Below are positions 55,356-64,000 of a stretch of 64,000 nucleotides of DNA, piece by piece; the stretch's first letter is position 1, and each line of letters starts with the position of its first letter. The position numbers and the translations under genes are program-made. The stretch lies in the NCBI GenBank assembly GCA_030141605.1, contig JAQGDQ010000035.1, positions 620,001 to 684,000 on the forward strand, read 5' to 3'. Source of the stretch: Tubiluchus corallicola. Lineage: Eukaryota; Animalia; Priapulida. Below the pieces are notes generated by a model. It was not told the origin of the DNA, ran no database searches, and worked only from the letters and a program-made list of their open reading frames with translations.

Positions 55356-58300
55356 CTTTAGCTTTGCTAAACTGCTCCGTGATTTCACCATCTTCACTTA
55401 ATCTTCAATCACGATTTTCTTTTAACAACGAACCCTTCTCGAGTTCTCGTGCATCGATTACACTTTATAATGTCACTGCAATAATAAAGTTGCGAAGAGG
55501 GCCCTAGGTAGACCTACTATTTTCACTTCAAGAATTCGATTTTCCCAAATCCAATCTGATTTATTTTAGAGCATGAACCAGTTAAAAACGATTTTTGTAT
55601 TAAAGCGTTAATGTGTTGGTTACAGCTGTTATAAGATGAAACTTTTCAGAAACACGGGCAAGCAACCATCGAAAGAAGCCTTTGACTATTTGCCAGCTTC
55701 ATTTGTGTATATTTTATTGCCTTAATCTTAGATGAGTTAGAATAAAACTAGAATCTTTAGCTTGATCAAATGGCCTTTGTACTTTCATTTTTAAGGAATA
55801 GAGATTTTTGTATTATCGTTATGATAATGAAATTAATATAATACTTTAGGTTTGGTTAAAATATTAATTTTGATTCGTGTACTGCCGTTAGTGTGTTTGG
55901 TTTTATTATCAATTTGGACAGTTTATTATGCTACGAAGCGTTTTTAGAATAAAAGCATCAAGCAAGATACTTTATGCATGTTCTATAACCATCATTCAAA
56001 TTATGATGATTTCTCTAATTATCGTTGTGAATTTGCAAAACCGCAGAAAAATTTAGATTAATACATGAAGCGATTTTTAGTAAATCGCGAGTGAGTCCAC
56101 GACTGTTTAGGGATTCTAATTCCGAAAGTTGTTACTTTATTACGAATATTAATAGTACTATATTACCGTAAGCTTTGAATATAAGTTTGTAATAGTTATT
56201 TAAAACCTATTTTATGTGGACTTTCTTGACTAATTTATGCACATGAAAGTTCAGAATTTCAACTTCTTGAAAATTTGTTTCTTTCATCTTTACTTGCCAT
56301 GACCCGTGGTGGCAGGTATCTGCCTATGACGTCAGTCACCTCTGGTATTACTGGTATGCGACACACAGGTCCTAAAATAGTGGCTTTCAGTGGAAGCAAT
56401 TTTTTAGTTATATGTAATTTACGCTTCTATAATGATGTATTGCTGACGACTGGAATTTGCTAATTTACAAAACAGGCCTCAACGGCGCATTCTTGGTGAC
56501 TGCGTCATACGTTTCTTTTTGTTTATCAGCCAGAAAACGTGACTGTGGACGAAGTCACGAAGCAACCAAATAAAATGGGCTTAATTTTGGAAGTTCTACT
56601 TTCTGGTCCGACCTTTAAGAATGTAATTTTGCTAACACTGTAATAAACGAATATTGCAAGAGTCAGCTGAGCTGAGTTATCCTTTGTTGTGAACTGTCAT
56701 ATCCACTGTACATAAAAGTTAATTGTTTTACAATGCTCGGCATATTTCTGCTTTCAGCAAAAACTTAGCGTGCTTGCTGCAACTGTAACGTTTAAATTAT
56801 ATTCATGATCTTATTTGCCAGGCATAATTTTATCTCATTGTGCATAACCTAGTAGTAGCACTTTATTTACTGGGCTATAATACATTTATTATACCTGCTA
56901 AGCACCTCAGTGGGGACAATTGTTTAACTTCTTACATATAGTCAAAACCAGGAAAAATATTTTCTGGAATGAATTTACCAGCTACTCAAGCAAAATAATT
57001 AAGCACAATTTAACTAGGGTAAGAACCTCACGTGAAACTACGCTCTTAGGCATGATGAAACACCGCCCAAAGTTTACATGTCCACTCATTGTGAAACACA
57101 GCACGATCATGTGTTGTAAAATACAGTAAAAAGTTTCAAACTACCTTTTAAAAACAACTCCAACGAAATGTTTAGTACAGCCAATCTATCTTGGTTAAAT
57201 AATGGTTACTGTGTTTTTGACCTATGGACGGAGAAGATTATATACTACGTTAGCGAACACCTAATAATGACGTTCTTCGTTGCGGGTGCTGATATTACTT
57301 GCTAAGGTTGCGTGTATTGGAGCTGTGGGGATACAGAATGTGAATGCATGTGTACATGCATACAAATGTTCAAGTGTTTCAGTTTTTAACTTAAATGATA
57401 AAAAGGCCTGTAGGGAAAAACAATATGAAATTTCAGAGCTTAGGTTTATTGAGGAATTTGTAAGTCCAATATAATTATCACTAAAATCGCGTGATGTACT
57501 AACTTTTAAGAAATTTTGACTTAGCGTGGTGGAAATTGTAGATCATCAGCTTCAAGAACCATTTCGTGCCGCAGAAACCCTGTTTCTGGACAATTTATCT
57601 GCAATACTGGTCTCCGGTTATTACTATTTCATTGATATATGTATAATGTTGCAGGACAGAAAGGGTTGCCACCACGTCACTAACAGGAATCAGGAGTCAA
57701 AAGCCAGCAGCTATGCTTCTGGTAAGCGCTGTAAACTAATGTCTTTCTTGTATTTTAGACGTTTTATGAAGCTTTTTTCAAAACAAAAATCAAAAACTTT
57801 AAACCACAAAGTAGTAACACGTTTTTTGAGTTTAAACATTAAAGAACACTAAGACAAAAGTCCGGACAGTCTACATTAATTTTTGGGGAGTTCCTTCTAA
57901 GGCGTAATAATCCATGATGTTTTTTGAGGATTTTGGTGATCAAATTATTAAGCACTTTACGTTATGTAAATTAAAGCTAAAGCGGAAGGATACTTGCATT
58001 GCAATTGTCGTTGCAGCAAAAATTGACGACTGGGTGAAAATTAATGATGAAGCCATGCTTAACGATTATGTAATTTAATAAGTCTACTGTTGTCTTAGCT
58101 AAAAGAGATTCTGCTGTTTTTAGCTTAGCTTTATGCAAAATTTCAATAGCAAGCAAGTCATATTTCCATTTTTTTCATTTAAATTTCAATGTGATATCCG
58201 AAGGTCGAAATCAGCAGATTTCTGAATTTTTCAAAAATCCGACCGGAGTCCGAATCTATGACTAAATTTCAGGAGACTCCGGGCCAAATCAGGAATGGTG

Positions 58301-61300
58301 CAACCCTAAAGGACGAAGGTAGAATGTATAAGACACTTCAGCTCACGCAGTGTTTCATTTTAGAGATAAGAAACGTTTCAGTCCCGCCACAAACACTTAA
58401 CATTAAGAGTGGGCCTAGCGTTGGCGTTCTGTGTGTGTCGAAATTGCTGTGAGTACATCACAAGACTATTGGGGGCGCTTTGATAGTGAACCAGTTGCTC
58501 ATTCATTTGGCTCCTTATTTTGCACTATGACATACGGTATAAAAAATAGCATGGGAACATTTTAGTGACACGAACTGAAACAGTTGAACAAATAATCTTT
58601 ATTAATTTACAATAATCAGAAAATATATTATAATTTTTATTGTTTTATTGTATCACAAGATGTTATTGTATTACAAAGTTTTACGTACAAGATTTCTTCC
58701 AAATTACATGTAGTTTATTTTAGTTAATGTTATTGAGTAACAGCTCACATAAATTTGGCGTATTTTCTTATTCAAGCGCCTGATTGTTTTCTTTAGCACG
58801 TGCATTGATGAGCGCTACATGACTCTGGAACTCGATTCAAACGAATAAGCTATTTTCGACAAAATTAATGCCTTTTCACACACTAGTCAGTAAGTTGCAC
58901 GTACAAGGTTGTCAAGAGGTATCCATGATAGTGTCGCATTTCTGAATACCTGCGACTGATCGGGTCGCTTCTGCTGAAAAATTTTGCTTGTCTCGTGATC
59001 CTTGCCATGATTCTTGTGCTTCAGGCTACGGGCTTGGCCTTCGACATCTGCTGTTGTATTACGGAATGTGGTTACAGAAATGCACGAAAACTTTCCCAAG
59101 CCTCAAAGATCATTTAGCTAATTAGCTGCTAAGCTTATATACGCAGTGTGGTGAAATCTTATCCTCATAAATAAAACTGGGTGACAAATGCGGAATTTCG
59201 TATAAAAATTGTTTCAGATAAAGGTGCGAGTCCTGGATGACCATAATCTAAGGCTGGAAACAGGCCTATGATTTTAGCACATTACACTAAACTTAAAATA
59301 ACGTAACATAAGAATTTATGACCTAATTAGCACGAAACAAATACTTTTCACTGATATTAACTTTCTTTCCTTTACACATTACTAAATATTTAAACATGAT
59401 AATTTAAAAGCTTCGTTTATTACGTTACAAATTTTCTCACAATCACAAATTACCATTGTACCCGTACGTTCAACTAATAGCGGTGATAACAAAATGATCT
59501 GTTATCTTCTCTGTGATCTGTATTCTCTGAAATGTAGCTCATGGGTCATGCGTATTTCCTAAAACGCGCATTGTCAAGCATAAGGACGTAAAATCTCTGC
59601 TCACAATGATCGTCATAAAAGTGGCTATGACCATAATGAAAATAATAATAATATCTGAATAGTTGCAAGCAAAAGTATCAGCAGCGACATCTGTAGGTTC
59701 AAGACTTCAACAGAGAACTATGAATGTATTGTTGGCTGTACTTTGTTAAAATTCTGGCCAATGTGGCTTTAGGTTAACGTTTCGCATATTCGAAACATTA
59801 TTAAATTGAATCAAAAACATTCTTCGCAGCTATCGGGCACCGAACGAAGTGTTTGTGCTTAAGATTCTCAATTTTGGTTCGATGCAGTATCAAGCACGAC
59901 TAGACATATGTATTGGGCTTTCCTCTTTCAGTATAAATTTCGTTGCAACGCTTTTAAGTAGAAGATCCGTTTGTGATAGACCAAAAATTGATTCAAAGTT
60001 TTCTGACAAGGTTGAAAATTGCTTCACGTTGCCGTTTTCGCGACGCCATACTACTAAAATCGTGAAAACACTCTACGCTTCCCGATCACACAGCGCGCAT
60101 AGGAAGTACCCCGATTTAAAAATAAACAAGATAATCATAACAGTATTTAAGCTAAAATCATCATAAAATGTGTATACTAACCTAACGATTCAAAGTCGTT
60201 TTTGTGGTACCAACATGAAAAGAATAACATTTATTTGTCGTTGCCGTTATTAGTTCAAGGTACATGAAGATTTGAAAGTTGCGATTGCGGCGGGAAAATT
60301 TGTAGTAAAACAACGAAAAATGATTAAGTTATCAAACAAAATTTTTTTATATATCATGACGCTTACAACCTTGTAAGCGTTGTAACTCTATGGCTATAAG
60401 TGGTTTGTTCGCAAATTTTTAATTATCTGCTAAGGTCTACAGATTATCTATACTTTAAATGCAGACTAGTTTGTGTTAGTTCAGTAATAAACTGTATTTA
60501 GCGGCATAAGTACTATCATAAACAGTACTAGTAATAGTAGTATAAAATGTCAAGAAAGCGAAGCAGGGTGAATGTTAAAAATGGCGAATAGCTGAGTGAT
60601 CATGGTGTGTCTTTAATAATGTAAGTTAAGCAAGGTTAGACCAGACAAGTGTATGCTGCCTCTAGGCGGTTTTATCTGCTTCCAGTTTTTCTCTCGGATT
60701 CATGTGCCGCTCCTGCTACAACCTCACAAGCATAGTACGTGGTATCTGCTATTATGTGTTGGCACAAAGGTGCTGTTAATGCAATAGACAATATGGTTAT
60801 ATTGAACAGTTACTCAACAGAAGCAATAAATGGCAAAAATAGCATCTTTATTCCTCCCATTTATTTTTGTTCTTTTTGAAGCTACTAGATGAAAATATCG
60901 AAAATGCCTGTCCTACTCCATTCTAAACTTGTCGATGGAGTGTGGAAGGCAATTTTTTTATTAAAATCACAGTGTATCGTCGCACTAGAGAATTTTGTCA
61001 CACTAAAATTTCATTTAAATCACGCTTCTTTGTTTCAGTTAAAAGTTCAAAACAAAAGTAATTATTTCCCTGTAAAAGCAAAACATCGTGTTACATTTTT
61101 TTCTAAAGACTTCTGAAGAAGAATCAGATTAAATCAACGCATGTAATTAGTTTATAATTCGCACGATAATCCCTTCAACGGAATTATACTTATAAAGTCT
61201 ATGTAGTACATATAGACTTTTGAAATATTTGTGCCTGACTCGCGAGATTTAATTTCGTATTATTAAAAAAACGGATGCAACGGCAGCACATAATCCCAAC

Positions 61301-61417
61301 ATGAGTTTACATTTCTAATCCGGGATTTAAGAAAAAAGGTTAAAGGTGGTACTAAATGAACCGTATTTGGTGAAACGTGTCGTTTGGTGTACATGCCGAC
61401 ACGCATGTCTGGTGCAA

Positions 61418-61478
61418 CCAATCAGCAGCTCATGGCTAAACTGGGCGGAGTATTTCCGAATTTACTACCACTATAAAA
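61418..61478 (+). promoter_or_regulatory. Core promoter of the arrestin-domain gene: CCAAT box, GC box, TATA box
   Basis: CCAAT 61418-61422, GGGCGGAG 61443-61450, TATAAAA 61472-61478 in canonical order, about 125 nt before the ATG. Confidence 0.7.
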
Positions 61479-61602
61479 TAGAGCAACCTTGGGGCTGAAT
61501 GAACAAACCTCAAACCTGTCGTAGACAACGGTATAATTGCATTTGTCTTTCTTTGAAGATTATACAATTCGTACTTGTGTGAGCGCATGCTTAGATGTAG
61601 TC

Positions 61603-62601
61603 ATGAAGCAGAAACTGGAGAAGTTTGAGATTTGTGTTGACAAGGCATCATGTATGCCAGGTGAGATAATTAAAGGTAGTGTATCATTGACTCTCTTACG
61701 ACAAATCAATGCAAAATACATTTCTGTACATTTCGAAGGGGAAGGACTAGCGAAGCCTACAAATGCTAAGAACAAATATGTCCGTCAGTTCATGCATTTT
61801 GATGAGAAGATAGCAGTCTTCGACAAGACTGTAAGTTCGGTGCAGACGGCTTTTGCAACACCCGGAAAGCACACGTTCTTCTTCCGGTACCGTATACCGA
61901 AAAATCTGCCGACGAGTTTCAGTTACACTACACCTGACCACACGGCATCTATCATCTACAGCGTCTACGCACGGATAAAAATACCGAAAAAATTTAATTC
62001 CAGGCAGATTATGACCCGCACCGGAGTGCAAGTTTTGAAAAGGAGGCGTTCCGTTGACAATGGCCAAGACGCCAATGAATCACTAACACGGGAGAATTCG
62101 AAGTTTGATTTGACTGAATGTACGTACATGTTTACCCCGCTGGTTGTAGATGATTCAGTAAGTAAGCGTGCAAGCACCCAACAGAAGCAAGGTGTTACTA
62201 GAAGCTTGTCCAGTTCTGGATCTGACAGTTCTGACATTGCATATGACAACAGAAAGTTATCAGACGTTTCATCATCAAACGACTGCGTCTTTGACGACGA
62301 CTGCATGTCAATGATGTCGACAGAAAGTGACAATAGCCGCCGGTCTTCAACACTATCAAATCTTTCAGAAAGCGAGCTGTGTAAAGATCGCCTGCGACAT
62401 TCCAGCTTTGATGAATGCCCACCATGCCCGGACGAGGTTACACAAGAGTACATCGTTAGGGTCCTACGGGCCTGTGACGGTGCGCACACTCTGGAAGAAA
62501 TCACAGAAGGAATCGAAAAAATTAACAAAGAAGAAGAAAATTCTCCAGATGGAACACCCAGACGAAAAAATTCGTTATTTAAAACAGTGATTGTACTTTG
62601 A
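61603..62601 (+). CDS. Intronless arrestin-N-domain (alpha-arrestin/ARRDC-like) protein with a Ser/Asp-rich tail, 332 aa
   Basis: MPGEIIKGSVSLTL..ISVHFEGEG, PGKHTFFFRYRIPKNLPTSF..IIYSVYARIKIP match the Arrestin_N pattern; first ATG at 61603 (the ORF track starts at an upstream TTG). Confidence 0.8.
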   Translation: MKQKLEKFEICVDKASCMPGEIIKGSVSLTLLRQINAKYISVHFEGEGLAKPTNAKNKYVRQFMHFDEKIAVFDKTVSSVQTAFATPGKHTFFFRYRIPKNLPTSFSYTTPDHTASIIYSVYARIKIPKKFNSRQIMTRTGVQVLKRRRSVDNGQDANESLTRENSKFDLTECTYMFTPLVVDDSVSKRASTQQKQGVTRSLSSSGSDSSDIAYDNRKLSDVSSSNDCVFDDDCMSMMSTESDNSRRSSTLSNLSESELCKDRLRHSSFDECPPCPDEVTQEYIVRVLRACDGAHTLEEITEGIEKINKEEENSPDGTPRRKNSLFKTVIVL

Positions 62602-64000
62602 TCATCATATTGTCAGATGGGTTTGTGTACACAAAAGGGAGTCGTATATAACATTTTGTAAATACTTCACTGCCTTGCTTTAACATAATAGGATATCATT
62701 AGACAGTGCATAGACAGTTCTCAAGGCAGAACAGACTATACTTAGCGTAGTGGTAATGAACTAGTTTTTCTGAGGCCACATTACGATCACATCGGAACAC
62801 CTCAGATATTGGCACTTTTAGTTGAATATAACGGAAATTTCACATTTTCTAGGCATATTGGTTTATATTTCATTAATCGATATTCTAATATGATTCTCTA
62901 ATAATTAGTTACCATACTTTGTAGTCACTCACTTATTGATTTTCTAGTCACTCAATGGTTGAATGGCTAGTCTCAGATTTGTTTTTCTACCAAACAGTGT
63001 GTCTTAAAATTAAGCTCATGGACCTTTCACTTAACAGTATGCGACCGATGACTATTACTATAAAGTTTTAGAGATGTTACATGTAAAATGCCACGTCGCT
63101 TCATCTAACTAGAGTTCACTAATATGAAGAAATTGTAGCGCTGTAGCCTTGAATGATAACTGAGGCTTGTGTTCTTTATGTAGTTGATTCAAAAGTGTGA
63201 CAGATTTTGCTCATTGTGACCTCAAATCTGATACGTTTCTGTATGCGGTATGCTATTCAGTGAACTATGAAACATTTAAATTAAAAAGTGAAAATAAATG
63301 TTCTAATAATTACATTTATTTGTGTTTATAATTATATAGAGCGCGAGTGCATGATGCTCTTAGGACCATTAAGGCTGTTAGTCTTTAAAATTAAAAACTC
63401 TCAAAATGTAAATTTACAGTAGTTTTGTAGTAGTAGCTGTATTTTTAAAATGCAGTACTCTGTAGTAATTTAAACAGCATTGAAAAACTATTCAGTAGTT
63501 TAATTATAATCTTCTCATTATGAGTTGTATGCATAAAGTAGACAAGCATTAGCTAATTTTTGCTTAATATATTCTGTTCTCGAGGGAATCTGATTAAAAA
63601 CGTGTTGTAACAAGAGAAGCTTGTTAAGTACGCGCTTATAATTACATTATAGTGGCGCATTTTGATGTATCATATGTTTCATGCCTGTATATAGTTAACA
63701 AAGTTTATACATGAGAATGTTTTTTTGTTTATTGAGTCTTTAGTAAATGCGGTCGAGTATTCATTATGAAAGAAAATCCAATGAAAGACAATCTAAACAG
63801 CGTAGATAACCTCATAAAATAATTACTATGCAATTGATTAGAAATATTTTTTGTAAACATTGTCGAACAGTTAAACAAAAACTATAATCGTAATCTGCTA
63901 AAACGCCTTTCAAAATTAAAAAAATAGAAAAAACCATTAAGAAATTTTTCATGTTGATCTATTGCAAAAAGCGGCTCAGTGTTAAAACGTGCAATTGCTT

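Noticed and set aside
58190-58310. ORF 58258-58452
   Set aside because: Overlaps an apparent DNA-element end (..GGTGCAACCCTA); no protein motif
61965-62528. 187-aa antisense ORF, and similar overlapping ORFs within UHRF1 and PNPLA exons
   Set aside because: Shadow frames of real coding sequence with no independent motifs
1-64000. CRISPR array, operon or prokaryotic defence system
   Set aside because: The window is spliceosomal-intron eukaryotic DNA; no constant repeat-spacer array was seen, and the RT fragments are LINE-type

Overview
AT-rich invertebrate (metazoan) genomic DNA, not prokaryotic. Three protein-coding genes: (1) a complete ~29-exon PNPLA6/7 (neuropathy target esterase / swiss cheese) gene on the minus strand, CDS 37605->4499, ~1327 aa; (2) a divergently oriented UHRF1 (UBL-TTD-PHD-SRA-RING, ~787 aa) with only one coding intron, 44036-47634; (3) an intronless arrestin-N-domain protein, ~61603-62601. 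Introns and spacers hold three decayed LINEs, a Tc1/mariner-pogo-type MITE family (4 copies), a pogo derivative, other MITEs, a SINE and microsatellites. The most striking observation is a tandem pair of 117-nt exons (10287-10403 and 10125-10241) that each encode the catalytic-Asp segment of the patatin domain (DGG vs DGA). They are separated by only 45 nt, so they look like mutually exclusive exons that switch the active site. Other candidates within the same gene are two in-frame microexons, a cryptic transmembrane exon/nested micro-gene between the catalytic Ser and Asp exons, and an antisense orphan exon. All exon models were built by hand from GT/AG sites and reading phase, without transcript data.
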